A DNA stretch of 63,344 nt, counting the filler, from Reticulomyxa filosa (taxonomy: Eukaryota > Protista > Foraminifera): assembly GCA_000512085.1 (NCBI GenBank). It is 19 parts of 19 records of this genome, joined end to end, with 100 filler letters (N's around TTAATTAATTAA, not from the genome) between each part and the next. Parts side by side here need not be neighbours in the genome. Positions count along the whole stretch, not along the records: positions 10,760 to 12,155 come from ASPP01025587.1; positions 12,256 to 13,255 come from ASPP01036476.1; positions 13,356 to 14,967 come from ASPP01002335.1; positions 15,068 to 16,452 come from ASPP01018213.1; positions 16,553 to 23,695 come from ASPP01027654.1; positions 23,796 to 27,037 come from ASPP01007372.1; 13 more parts are not named here. One strand, 5' to 3'. Made by a program: the position numbers and the translations under genes. The notes under the pieces are model-generated. The model was not told the origin of the DNA. It did not search any database and saw only the letters and a list, made by a program, of their open reading frames with translations. Below are positions 11,564 through 25,276 of this stretch, one piece after another (positions within the stretch are counted from its first letter, which is position 1; the number at the start of each line of letters is the position of its first letter).

Positions 11564-13829
11564 CCCCAAAACAATTTTTTCAATTTTGTAAAAAAGCATT
11601 CTCAAACAGCCAATACATATAACACTGTAAACGGTTAAATAAGGAGTGATAATTTAAGAAATAAATTAAAAGTTCGTTTCGTTTTCAAAACTCAAAAAAC
11701 TCTCTCTCTCTCGCACTTGAAAAAAACAACTAGTTTAGTTCCTTCTTTTGTTCGTTGACAAAAACACAAGATTCGAGGTGAGAATGGAAGAATTAATTGT
11801 TGCTGTTCGTTTTTATTCTTGTTTAGAATCCTTCTTTCCTGTTTTCTTACTTATGCTGTGCTTCACATCAATTTCAACAGATAATCCATTCAACGAGGAT
11901 AGCAAGATAAAGAAGAAAAATGAAAGAGTTAAATAATCATTTGGAGAATTCTTGCACTTTGAAATTATTTGATTGCTTAGTATAAACCATTTGGATGAGA
12001 TCGTTCTTGTCTCAAACAGAAATTACAACAACATTTGATTTCAGAATTAAAATTTCATTTTGATTTGGTTGTTAAATTTATTGATTCATTGAAAAAGACT
12101 ATTCAAATCTATCAAGTTTATTTTTTTTTTTTTTTTGAGATATATGTTATAAAAANNNNNNNNNNNNNNNNNNNNNNNNNNNNNNNNNNNNNNNNNNNNT
12201 TAATTAATTAANNNNNNNNNNNNNNNNNNNNNNNNNNNNNNNNNNNNNNNNNNNNATTTGTTCTGTAATCTAAAAAATTAAAGTAAATTAGTTAAAGTGT
12301 GTTATCGCGATCGTGTTGTCCTTTTGTAATGCGATCTTTGTTCTACGCTTTCACTGTACATAATCAATAATTTCATTTATAACACATAACAACGATCAAC
12401 AACACTAACAACCATAAAGTGTTTGTAGTTTGTACGAAGTTATGTAAGTTGATGTTATCAATCAACAACGTATTGAACATACTAATAACGACTATCAGAA
12501 TGGATAAATAATTTAATCAATGTGATCATCTTGGAAGAGCATTTTTTGTACGTATAATCATATCACAAGCAATACTGAACAAGTACATAAGATTATTACT
12601 GACAATACAAAGTTTAGTGCGTTTTTTCGATATATGCTGCCACAAGATTTAGCAATTATCACAAAGTACAATTGAAGTCCGTTATGCAAAGACCAAATAT
12701 ACAAACATATGATCACTAATTTATTTGCGTATATATAAAAGAACTTACTTCAAGTCACGATAATGTAGTTACATAAATCAAAAATATCATTAAGCATGCT
12801 TGCTTAATTCATGAACTTGAAGTAATAATATTGTATGTCCAACATTAGACCAGGCGACATTATTTCGAAACATATACTACAAAAAGATAGTTGATGTAGT
12901 TATTAATCTAGAAATATATATGTTTTGAATCAAGTAGACAAGACGAAGTTGATCAATATTAACAAGATTAACAATTACAAACAAATTTACGAAAGATAAT
13001 AGATCGCATACTTCACTTATAGCTGAAGCAAGATGTTATAGCATCTAGATGTAAGAGAATTTTTAAATAAGTCCGAAGACTATTTAATTTCAAAATAAGA
13101 AAATGTAAAATAATATTTTTGTTTATTCTAACAAGCTACTTAGAATTTTAAAGATTAAATCCGATCGGTTTATAACAATAAAACGTGAATTTACTATGAA
13201 AGATTAATTTCTTTTTTTATTTGTTGAGTTAGTGCTTAAAGCTTTGTTCTAGCTANNNNNNNNNNNNNNNNNNNNNNNNNNNNNNNNNNNNNNNNNNNNT
13301 TAATTAATTAANNNNNNNNNNNNNNNNNNNNNNNNNNNNNNNNNNNNNNNNNNNNGCTGTTGTATCTCTATCTCTCTCGTACCAGTCCATACTTAGGGTG
13401 CTAATCGCCCTCTTCGCAAAATACTGGTAGGTCTTTTTTCTCTTTTAATTTATTTGCAACTTAAAACGTAGTTTGTTTGTTTGTTTTGAACAGTTCGCAA
13501 ACTCTCAAAAAAATATAAAAAAGATGTCATTTTTGCTTGGATGCTGTTCATCCTTTCGCAAGAGAAAAATAAAATTTGGATATGGGGTAAGGCCCCCCGT
13601 CTCCGCAAGGAGTAATAATGGTTTGGTCTACATTATATATATTTTTTTAAATATAATTGCTTGATTTGTTTTTTTGATCAATAGCCGTAACCCGTCTGTC
13701 TAAAAAAAAAAAATGTAGTCCAACTTCCAACTCCAAACAAAGAAAAATTTCGGGGTTGAAGCCACCCCGTGTACCAAAAAAAATTAAAGAGTTTGTATCT
13801 TTTATTTTTTTATTTTTATTTGAGATTAG

Positions 13830-14230
13830 ATTGAAAATTAGGGTGGAAAAGAAAATATAAGGGAAAAAGTGATGGAAAAAATTGGGAAAAGAAAATTGTA
13901 AAAAATTGAATGGAAAAAAAGAGGGTGAAAAAAATAAATGTAAAAATTATTGGGAAAATGTTTGAAAATAATGGGAAGGGGTTCAAATAAATTGAAAAAG
14001 GGGGGCAAATGATTGAAAAGGGGGAAAAGAAATTGGAAAATGGGGAAAAGAAAGTAGAAATAAATTTATTTAAGAAAACTTGAAAAAAAATAATAAAAAA
14101 GAAATCAAAATGTTGAAAAATGAAAAAGAAAAATAAAATTAAAAAAAGAGAATAATGTGAAAAAGAAAAAAAATGTGAAAAAGAAAAAAAATGTTAAAAA
14201 GAAAAAAGAAAAAAAAAAGAGAAAAAAAAA
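13830..14230 (+). repeat. Purine-rich low-complexity tract with a short tandem repeat (AATGTGAAAAAGAAAAAA-like, ~3 copies at ~14153-14210)
   Basis: Strong A/G strand bias and near-identical tandem units visible directly. Confidence 0.6.
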
Positions 14231-15759
14231 CGTGAACGTTGAGCAATCGATGATAGTGGACTGATCGCTCATATTTAATTAATCGTAAACTTGCGCGTAT
14301 TCGCAAATTTAGGTTTTTGTTGTAAGTATGCCAATAGTGGAAAGCACGATCGACAGTTAGCAAATGGAACTGGCAATCAAGATAGCAAGAAAGTGTCGTC
14401 CAATAATGAAAAATGAAAGAAAAATATTACACTCACTAATGGATCGCATCAAACATTTGAATGATATATGGAGATATGCGAACGTCCAACAACGATCATT
14501 ATTCAAGCCAAGTATTATCTATCATCACAATGGCGACGGAGTTGGATGAAGTTCACAGTTGGAAGACGTCAATTATATGGTGGCAAGGAAACAGTCTTGC
14601 AAGATATCCCAGATCAATATCAGACAATCTGGACATTGGGCCGCTAAATACGAAAGCAAACTCATCGAGAAGAAGAGAAGGTGGTGAGATAGCGCAAAGT
14701 GAAACCGATATCAACATTGCGGCATCAACAGTGGCAGCAACTGGACTTACGAAGAAATAGAAGTCGATGAAGAAAATAGGGAGTATGTTGTCAAAAAAAC
14801 AATTTACGTGGAATCAAGCAAACGACTACATCGGTAGAATCGTTCCACGTGAAAAGGCAGTCGGTGGAAGATTTGTGCGAAAATCGTACCAAGCACGATG
14901 AAGCAAGTAGATGGAGATGATGATAATGAAGAGAATTCCGAACGATATCGCTTTGAATTTGTTTTTTNNNNNNNNNNNNNNNNNNNNNNNNNNNNNNNNN
15001 NNNNNNNNNNNTTAATTAATTAANNNNNNNNNNNNNNNNNNNNNNNNNNNNNNNNNNNNNNNNNNNNAAAAAAAAAAAAATGCCACATTTTCACTGCGGC
15101 AACACATTATTAACTTTTTAAATTGGATTAAAAATTGAAATGTAATAGAATATTGATTATCATTCTCATTACGAAATAAAATATTCACCCTTTTTTTGTG
15201 ATAAAGATATATTGCCTCTTTTTCTCAAATTTGCTTTTATATTGAGTTTCTTTTGTAACGCCGTTCAATTATTCGGGATTAGCTACTCGTAATTATCTTA
15301 TTTTGATTTGTATTTGTTAAATCTTTATTTTCAACTTTTAAAAGTCTACTATTCATTAAAAATAAAAACAAATTTTTTTACTAAGCTGAGAAAATCTAAA
15401 ATGCACTATGTTTAAATTATTTTTTGTATTATTCTTTAAATAATCGTTATCGTTTATTTTGGTTGTTGCTCAATTTTTTTACAACTGAAAATTGTACATA
15501 GCCGAGTTTTCCATCAAAAATCAAAGCTCTTTTTGAGTGGAGACTAACAAACGAAAATCCAGAAGAACAAGATAATATAATTGACTCCTTTTTTCCAGCA
15601 TTGAGAAAAAGTTATATTTCTGATCCAATTTTTATTTAAAACTAAAAAATAAGCCAAATTGAAGGCAATAAGGTGTTTTCTACAGACCATAACGTTATCG
15701 GTGTTCTCCATTTCGACAAGGAGGGAAAAAAAAAACTAGAAAAGTAAAAACAAAATACT

Positions 15760-16378
15760 ATGAACTATTTCAAGAAGACCTTGACAACCTTTACTTCGGC
15801 GGTGACGAAGCCGGATTATCCCCATGGAACGGAATTTGAGAAAAAGCGTGCTCAAGTGTTTGAAATGCAGGAAGTGTTAAACAAATTAACGACCGACTTG
15901 AAACAATACTTCAAACTATGGGGAGGTATTTAACGTTTTGTTACAGAGGAAAAAGAACTTTTCTTTTTTTTTTTTGGGAGAGAAAAAAAACATACATATA
16001 TGCATATATATATATATATACACTTGATACATATTATAATATGCACATGTGGACATTTGAAACCTGGCAGAGCTGTTGGCAGTGAAGACGCAAATATTTG
16101 GTTATATGTCACTCTTTTACATGCAAAGTGACAAGAGGACAGTGATAGATGACCTTTTCAGTTATCACCAAAGGCCATTTGCATCGTTGGTGAACGTACT
16201 GTCGGAGCAATATCAGACCCGTGTGATAGCAGAGATAGAAGCGCTGCTGACAGTGTTTCCAAAGATAGACAATCAGTTGCAGCAATTGAAGACCTTGAAA
16301 CAGATTTGTTAGCCAAACAAAAGACATTGGAAGAAACCAAAAAATCAACCAAAAAAAACCTCGCTCAAACTCGCAATG
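15760..16378 (+). CDS. BAR-domain-like helical protein, 5' fragment (intron 15926-16070; probable frameshift near 16285)
   Basis: MNYFKKTLTTF...TEFEKKRAQVFEMQEVLNKLTTDLKQY|ELLAVK...VIAEIEALLTVFPKIDNQL resembles N-BAR helices. Pattern-based call only. Confidence 0.45.
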
Positions 16379-16415
16379 GTTTTTATTTTTTTTTTTTTAA
16401 GACGACAAAACTATA

Positions 16416-16452
<37 letters not shown>

Positions 16453-16552
16453 NNNNNNNNNNNNNNNNNNNNNNNNNNNNNNNNNNNNNNNNNNNNTTAA
16501 TTAATTAANNNNNNNNNNNNNNNNNNNNNNNNNNNNNNNNNNNNNNNNNNNN

Positions 16553-16581
<29 letters not shown>

Positions 16582-16584
<3 letters not shown>

Positions 16585-19138
16585 AGAAGAAGAAGAGGAT
16601 GCAGTAAATGAAGAGGAGGAAGCAAAAGAAAGCGGAACAAAAAAAGCGAAAAAGAAACGACGACCCAAGAAAAAACACGCAGAGACTGGCGACGAGTCGA
16701 AAGAACAAGGGAAAAAGAAGCAAACGACGCAAAAGGGAAAACAAAAGAAACAAGGCGGGAATGAGTTTGTTGACGAGGAGCAGGAATCGGATGAAAAACA
16801 GGAGAGGACACAAAAAGATATATTGTTAAATGAACTGAACAACTTTGATCCATCGAGTCAATTGAGCATCAGCCAACTGATGAAATGGGAAAATGAAATG
16901 CAAATCAACTGGAACGAATTTGCTGGCATGTTCGACGAATTGAAAGGATTGGAATTGCTGATTGACAAATGGATTTATGCTCCCGATTTTCGCAACATTG
17001 TTTGTGAGCGACAATTTGTCGACTTTTTGGCGTGGTTTCTGCATGGTGATCGTGAGTACCGTGAGTTTGTTATGGCGCAAATCATGGAAATTTGCCGCTG
17101 TTTGGACACCTTGGGAAGCGATAAAAAAAAAGCGATACAAGACGTTATGTCCAATCATTGCAAGCAACTGTTGCAAGTGCTCACCATTCGTGGCTATGCC
17201 AACCCCAACACTGTTACTTCGGTTTCCACTGCCAACAACTCGACTTCAAAGATACATCATTTGTTGCTGCCTAAACCATCTTCTCTCTTTCGTTGAGTAT
17301 ATGTTATACATATACATACATATATACATATATATATATATGTATATTGATTTGGAATAACTTTAAAAAATAAAAATAGCCGCACCAAGTGTAAAAGATC
17401 CATTGAGCAACAAAATTCGAGAATTAGATAACTGCTGCGAAAACCTAAGCTCAGGATATGGTGCGCTTCGACAACAACACAATCGGGTGGAACAAATGAA
17501 ACCGACAAGCAACGATAGCTTCCGCAACGTATATGGCATGTTGAAAAATGACGTGAACAGTCGAATGAATAGCTTGGTAAATGAACGCAGAAAGGTTCAA
17601 AACGAGTTGCAAATGATTGAACATGAACGCAAATTGATTGAAACGAATATGAATCGATCCATTAGTCCCATGCAAACAGAGCTGAACAAGGTTTCTTTGG
17701 ACCTTCGAACGTATTCTGCTCAACAAAAGGAGTACGAAAAGAAACTGAACGAAATCAATATTTTGCTGGAGCAATTGCATGCGAAACATAAACAACTGAA
17801 CGATCGAATCCACGAAGTCAAATCTCAGCACGGGCCGAAAGAGGAGAAACTGCATTATGAACATCAAAATTACTCTTTCCAAAGCGTAGCATTGGAAAAG
17901 GAACACAAATGCTACGAGCGCGTCTCCGAATTGGCGGACGAGTCGTGGCGCAAATTGGAGGAATGGAGTCAAAACTTTATGGAACAATATCATGGTGAAA
18001 GCGAGGTGTGCGAGAACCAGTTTATTGATCAATGCGCGAATTACATTTATTCCTTATTGGATGCCAAAGCCTTTTTGCTAAATCGTGTAGAGCACTTGAA
18101 ACAAATGGTGATTGATACCCGACAATACCAAGCCCGAACCAAGCAGCTTTATGGAGATACCTTGATCTTGAAGTCATTGAACTTGAATGCTGATGGCGAG
18201 CCACATATCGCCTTTGACACGCAAGTGTTGGAATGGATTGAGAAACAACTGAAGCAGGTCATTGTGAAATGTCGTGAGAATGTTCGCAAGTCATCCTATC
18301 AGAGGTTTGTAGTGCAACTGAACGTTCAATTGAGTAGCAATGGCTATGATACTGCGTTTCTTAAACCATTTGTTGACGAGGTAAACAAAGAGACCATGTA
18401 TGGAGCAAGTAACTCAAGCGGTGTTGTTCCCACATCTCTGCCCACTGCTACCGGAGCTATCAACAACAGTGCCAATATCAGCCACGCTCATTCACATATC
18501 AGTACTGTGCATACCGGAGGCAGCTCGAGTAACACGAGCTCAACACACTCTCCAGCATCAGCACGTGTGCATTCCTATGGAGTTCCTATTCCCGCCACTG
18601 GCACCAATCCAACATTGGCCTCTGGCAACATTATCTTCTCATCTGCTGCAGCGCTGAACAATGCAAATGTTAGCGCCAACAATCCTTCCCTTAAACCAAA
18701 CATTCCAACCAGCTCCAACTTTAATGTCAATCCGAATGTCAATCTTAACTCCAACCCCAATGCAAACGCCGCCAACAGAAAACCTCCTGTCATCATTCAA
18801 CCCAATCAAGTCGATTTGTCGCATCAATCAATCCAAGTACCTGTTTTTTCCAAAAAAACTGGTCCTGTCATGCCTAAAATGCCCACTGTGGCGAAACAAA
18901 CACAGACAGCCAGTATTTCTACTGCTCCTGCACCACAAAATGATGCAACCGCCGCACAAAGACTTAAAAATGTTTCGTTGCAATCTCTTTTTTTTTAAAA
19001 AAAAAAATGACCCGCATTGAAACAAATATATTCGCAATGTGTGTATATTGGGTGTTTTTTTCCTTCTCCCTCTCCCTAAATGTGAAATTTCAGAGCCAGA
19101 GACGTCCACCAATGCTCAGTGAGTCGTCTCATCAATGA
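16582..19138 (+). CDS. Hypothetical coiled-coil protein with Ser/Asn/Pro-rich tail, multi-exon, 5'-truncated
   Basis: Long ORFs 16823-17296 and 17403-18998 separated by a TA-rich intron. Heptad-rich central region. The last exon (19094-19138) is tentative. Confidence 0.6.
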
Positions 19139-19593
19139 TCCATAAAGAATAACGTCGACACAGATTAAGAGGAGAAAAAGAAAGAAAGAACCAAAAAAAT
19201 TTTGGTCGGATTTTCCTCACCTCCTCTTTTTGCTTGGATGGTATAATGCCATTTTTTTTCTTCAGTTGGGTGAAATTATTTCAGAACAGAACAACATCTC
19301 TAAAAACAAAGCTTGAATTTTCTCAGAACAACTCTCTGGCATTTTGTTTTTGTTCCAAATATCTCTATCATTGCATATTCATTTTTGTAATAATTCCCCG
19401 AATTTCACATTTCGTCACGCCTTCATTACTTTTTTTTGTGCTCATATTGCGCCAGAAAAAATGACTAAATTTATGTGCTGTAAAATCTTTTTTGCACCAT
19501 TTTTTTTAATTGAAAAAACAATTTCTTTAAAATTAACTAAAAAAAAAAAAAAGCGTGAAACTTTATTCTTGGACCCCAAAAATTTTAAAAAAG

Positions 19594-20857
19594 ATGAGCG
19601 GCCGAGAAACATATAAATCAAAGAAAAAAGATGGCCTTCCTTCGAAAGATGATGATGATTGGATACAAAGTACGTTGGATAGTTTTACGAATAAACAAAC
19701 GGCGTTGTTTAAGCGTTGGGTAGCATGTGAGTTGCCAGGGACAAGAGAGCGGAAGACACGATTAGTGGTGTTGACGCCGTTGCGTTTGCTATGCATACGA
19801 CGACGAGCGTTTGGACGAAGTATCCATAAGATAGTGCGACTGATTGATTTTGTGGGGATCGAAGTGAAGGAAGGGAGATCAGAGGAGACGACAGTAGTGA
19901 TTGAAACATGTGGGTTCGCAGTGGACAACAGTATAACTCAATCTCGGCAAAGTAAAACAGTACAAATGCAGGAATACCAATTTCATTTTTTGAAAGACAT
20001 TGACAGAGAATTTTTGGACATAATGCAGTGGTGTGTGTATGTATTGACAAGAGGGTTGCCACAGCAATTTGTGCCCAAGCAAAACGTGCCTATAGGATAC
20101 CGCAAGCAATTGGACGAGGCGGTGTCCCCGTGGCAATTTGTGGTCGACCGCTATGTCGCATCTTGCGATGCACAAGTGGCGAACCGTAATGCAGGCATTG
20201 AGGCATTGGAATCAGTGATCGAGTTTATCCAAAACAAAAGTCACAGTGAAGTGTTTGACGTGATGGAAGCGTTTCCAGGATTAAAAAAATTGGAAGCATT
20301 ACAGATCTGGGCCATATCTCATGGTCTGGCCTTTGCAGGCTGTTATCACACATTGCTCATCGACGGCATTAATAGTGATGACACCACATTGTCGACTTTT
20401 ATGACTGTGTTCGAAACGAACCAATCGCTGCAAACGTTAGAAGTCCGTCGTTGCAATGTCGGGAAAAAATTTTTCCAGACTTTGGCCAACAGCGTCGCTT
20501 TGAATTGTCCGCAATGCGCTCTGCAAGAACTGAACATCATCGACTGCCAACTGGATAAACACATGCTAGCACTGCTGGCACCCGCCTTTGACTCGATTCA
20601 ACTGCGCACGCTCCGCGTCACCAATTGCTTCCTCAATCACAAGGCCTGCGCCACGCTGTGCGCGTCCTTGGAACAAAGTGGCCAGTACAAAACACTCAAT
20701 CATATCAATCTCAGCAAAAACCACTTTGGTGCAGTCGGAAGCAAGGCCCTGGGCACTTTGCTCTGCAAATGCCAGTGTCTGTTCCGACTCGTCATCACCG
20801 ACGCAGAGTTAGACGGCAATGAATTCTTGCATTGTTTGAATCCATTCGATTTTTTAG

Positions 20858-20925
<68 letters not shown>

Positions 20926-23695
20926 CGTCGACAAAGCTCGTTGTCACATTGGGACACTTTGTCCTATTTGGACTTGACGGGCAATGCCATTGGAGATAAA
21001 GGCTCCATTGCACTAGGCGTTTTTCTGGAAAACAGTCGCGCGATGAACAGTGTCAAGTTGTCCCGTTGTAACATCTCGCCTTTCCAACTGCAACACATTA
21101 TCCACGGTGCAATGTGCAACATGAGTGGCTTTGAGGATCGCGACAAAGCCGATGCTGTTGTTGTGTTCCCTTCCAGTCCTCACAAGACCTCTTTTGACTA
21201 CCATTTGTACGACAACAGTAACAATAACAATAGCAATAGCAATAGCAATGCTGATGAAGGTAACAAACGCAAATCTTTTCGAATGTCGATGACTTATTCT
21301 TCTTCTTCTGCTGGTGGTGGTGGTAGTGGTAGTGGTTCTTCTTCTTCTTCTTCTTCTTCTTCTTCACATGGAGGCTCTTTTTCATCACCTGCTGCAAACA
21401 ATTTGCTAACGGTGGCTACCACGAAGAGCATGGTCGTGTTAACCTCGGTCATGAAACGTCCCACGCAAAGCGACATAATGCTCGCCACAAATTTGCTATG
21501 TGTGTCACTTGACATCAGCGACAACAACTTGGGCACCAAGGGCGCCGAAGTACTCATTCAGGAAATCACTGCGCGTGAAAATTACACGATTGTCAGCTTG
21601 AATGCTAGCAACAACAATTTCAATGTCTTCGAATTGAGCGCCATTATTCGCAGCTTGATCAATCTGGCTTGTCTCGAACGTGTATGTCTCAGCGAAAATG
21701 TCAAAAAAGGCGCCTTTGGCAAAAACGCAGATTTGAAAGGCGACATTGGACATGCTCTCACTTTTTTTATGTCGCAATGTCCCGTCGTTGAATGAAATTG
21801 CCATCACTGGCAACGACAAGCAGTCTCTTTGCATCGACCAAGGACTCATGCCATGGATCGAGTCTTTGTCGCTGCTGACCAACTTGGAATTCATTGATAT
21901 TAGCGGCAACAAAATTGGGCTGTGGAACAATGGCGTCTTGTGCAACTCGTGGCTGGAAAATATCCGCAAAAATACTCATTTGCGAGTAGTCAAATTTTTT
22001 GGAAACCAGTTGTCCGCCGAACAAATGCATCACATGTTACAAATGCTTGCCACCCATCCCTCCATTTTCGAAAAGATCCCTAAGCAAGAAATCAACAAAT
22101 TAATCAAAAAGAATAAAAAGTTTGCCGACCCAATCCAACAAGCTTTGGAAAATGTCAGAAAGCAATTCAGAAATAATCGATTGAAATTCGAAATGGATCA
22201 AGATTCAGTTTTGAAACAAATTTGCTTAACCAAAAAAAAAAAAAAAAAAAAAAATAAACAAAAAACAAAAAAACGACGACGTATACTGTTGCTAATTTGT
22301 ATAAGTCAACAAATTTTTTTTGCTTGTTTGTTTAAATCGAAATGGGAGGGATGCAGTTGAATTCGTTGACGCCAGAGGTTCGAATGGAAAAAGAATTACG
22401 CAGATCGGTCGGCTGTCAGTTTGGTGTCCCGATTGAGCGACTTCGCGGAAGTGTGCAATACCCAGATTACGAAAGTCGGATACCACAGATATTGGTGCGT
22501 CTGCGTGAGCACTTGAAAGAGAAAGAAGGCCTGAAACGTGAAGGAGTGTTCCGACTACAACCGGATGGAAAGCAATTCCCAATCGTGAAACAAATGTTAG
22601 ATTCGAATGTGCCGACACTTGATATGGACCATGATTGCACCGCTAACGCCATCAAAGTATGGTTCCGAGACTTGCCGGTCAAAGTATTGAACCCAATGCC
22701 GCTAGACAAGATTGAAAAGCCTTCCAAGCTGGAAGACATGGCACAAACAATCCGCGAATTTTTGCCCGAGCCTTACAGAAGTGTCTTCGAATGGTTGCTT
22801 GACGTCGCTGTTGAAGTGTGCGAATTTAAAGAACTCAACCGAATGGACGCTCGCAATATAGCCGTGGTATTGTGTCCAAATTTGTATGACACCTCGCATA
22901 TGGCCTCGCCTCAAGCATTGGCATTTAGTCAATCGCTGCTCAAGTTTATGGAGCTGGCAGTCAAATGGAGGATCGAATATCGCAAGACTCATCCCTTTCG
23001 CCCTGCGGATGACCTACCTTTAAGCAAGCCGGAACCGCTCTCTCCTGTCCAAGATATACATCAATTGGAGGCTGTCATTGTCGAAGAGGATGAAGAAGAT
23101 GAAGAGGATGATGAAGAACAAGCCTACCAGGACGACGACGAAGAGAAGGCAAAGGAAAAAGACAAAGAAAAGGAACAACAATCTCATGCCAATGCCAACG
23201 TACACGTTAACATTGACAATAGCAATAGCAATAACAATGCCATCGAGGAAAAAGAACCACCAGTCACAATCATCATTGCCTCCTCAAACAACAAGCCATC
23301 GCAGAAATTTGTTCCTTCCAAACAAGACGATGATGATCACGTTGACGAAGAAAAACAGTCTTTTAGCCTCGAGAAAGTTATTTCGTTTTACATTGCTTAT
23401 TATTGTATATAACCACGTATACAACAGGAACATGATTTTTTTTTTGTTTTATTTTTATGTGTACATATGTACGGCAATGCAAAAAAAAAAAAAAAAAAAA
23501 AAAAAACGAAACAAAATAAAAAATAAAAGACGGATGTTGAAAAAATGGAAAACGAAGGCGGGTATGTGTCAAACTACAAGAAGAGTCGATCCGGTTCGCG
23601 GGTTGAAATGGAATTGTTGGCATTGAGTCGTTCCAAATCCAGCAAACGAGGCAAGCCTATTGTGCCGCTGTTAATCCGAAAAGGAACGGGTGTAA
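19594..23695 (+). CDS. CARMIL-like PH + LRR + RhoGAP protein (CARMIL-GAP-like)
   Basis: N-terminal PH-like domain, a CARMIL-type linker (RYVASCD) and many RI-like LRRs (LxxLxLSxNx). RhoGAP 22420-22970 has FGVPI, IPQIL, EGVFR (Arg finger), KVWFRDLP and NRMDARNIAVVLCPNL. An extra C near 21782 causes a frameshift. The junction at about 22230-22360 is unresolved. Confidence 0.75.
20859..20924 (+). repeat. (AAT)n microsatellite encoding poly-Asn within the LRR region
   Basis: In-frame perfect AAT run. Similar runs occur at ~33905-33975 and ~35272-35325. Confidence 0.9.
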
Positions 23696-23795
23696 NNNNN
23701 NNNNNNNNNNNNNNNNNNNNNNNNNNNNNNNNNNNNNNNTTAATTAATTAANNNNNNNNNNNNNNNNNNNNNNNNNNNNNNNNNNNNNNNNNNNN

Positions 23796-25276
23796 AATTG
23801 GAAGTAGGCAGATCTAGTACGAACAATCCGGTGACAATGACGACGATGACAGGTGAAGATAGTCAGTACTATAGCTATGGGACAAGCACAAGCCCTCCCA
23901 GCAACAAAGACAACTCTGCCACGTCGAAGCAGCAGCAGCAGCAGCACAACACACAAAGCATTGGAGATGAGGTCGGACTTGGACTTGGGATGGGGATTGG
24001 TGGTGGTAGTGGCAATGGTAGCAGTAGTAGTGGTGGTAGTGTTGGTGCTGATACGAGTAGTAGTGGTATTGGAACTGCGACTGGAACAAGGATGGGAACA
24101 GGAACAGATACTAGCGCTGCAACTGAAATTACAACTACTGCCACAAACGCAACAATAGCGACAACAGCAACAGCAACAGCATCAACACCAGCGTCAGCAT
24201 CAGCATCGACGTCGACATTAACGTTCACATCGACATTGATACCGACGTCGACAGCGACAACAACGGCAACTGCAACAGCAACTGCAACAGCAACTGCAAC
24301 TGCAAATGCAAATGCGAGCACGATGACAGATGGATGCAATCCAAAAGAAGTGATGAATGGCTATGAACACCAAAAAAAAAAAAGAAAAACAAAAAAACGC
24401 AAAGCAAAAGCAAAAAGAAAAGCAAAAAGTTAAATGACGAAAATGAGCTGTACTCGTGGCTGCGCAAATATCACAAAAAAGAAACGAAAATGCACGACTG
24501 TGCTCAATCCAAATACCACTACTTTGACTCGCCGCAACAACAACAACAGTCGATCAATGCTCCTCCCTCTCCAACGCAAAACAAAAAACACAAAAACAAA
24601 CACACGAAAAAAGCCTTTGCTCAATGGCTATCCTTCATTCACGCCAAACACGCCAATGACTATAATGACAATGAAAATGACAATGACAATGACAATGGTG
24701 ATGAAGACGATGTCAATGACAACCATGCCAATGCTATGGAACAGCGGGCTCAAATGATTGGCTTGGAATTAATCAAACATCGTCTCACTACCAAACCATG
24801 CATTTTTTTGTGTCCTGAGGTTATTCAAGTCAAAGGACGCTGTGGAATTAATGCTGGTATCAATGGCATCTATTATTTGCTACCTTTTTTTTTCGATGGA
24901 AGACCTTGTTATTGCCAAAAATTTAATGATTGGACTTTGCGATGGTTTGTTTTTTATAGAATACATGTACATATATGTATATGTATATATTTATGTGTAT
25001 ATGCATATATGTACATATATGCATACCGTAAATAAATAAATATTTGTTTATTTGTAATATGCATATAATCTGTAAAGGAATGACAGAAAAAATGAATGGA
25101 TATTTGACTGTGATGGATTTGAGGCCTTGGATGACTCGCCCTGTGGCCGTGTGAGTGAAGATGTCCCGCATCCCGCGCTTGTGTCAAAACCATGGAGTAT
25201 TTACAATGGCTTTGGATTCCGAGATGATCCGCTTCTTGTTGTGGGGTCCGTCTCTTTTGACTCGCAATTGCTATGA
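23796..25276 (+). CDS. Hypothetical protein, 3' fragment: low-complexity T/A/S/G region plus a Trp/Gly-rich globular C-terminal domain
   Basis: Low-complexity ORFs, then VKGRCGINAGINGIY...DGRPCY...WTLRW|...EWIFD...SEDVPHP...PWSIYNGFGFRDDP ending at TGA 25274-25276. Confidence 0.55.

Noticed and set aside
12256-13255. Possible decayed coding sequence in an ORF-less contig
   Set aside because: No recognisable motif in any frame.
14364-14960. Fragmented ORFs that might be a pseudogene
   Set aside because: Coding-like composition but no assignable family.
15068-19138. Joining the BAR-like fragment and the next contig's coiled-coil gene into one gene
   Set aside because: They are separated by a spacer and contig order carries no demonstrated linkage.
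6231-21790. Programmed frameshifting or pseudogenisation in TatD (~6237), the bacterial ORF (~10343), the BAR-like gene (~16285) and the CARMIL-GAP gene (~21782)
   Set aside because: All are single-base changes in homopolymers and occur in both bacterial and eukaryotic contigs, so pyrosequencing-type error is the simpler explanation.
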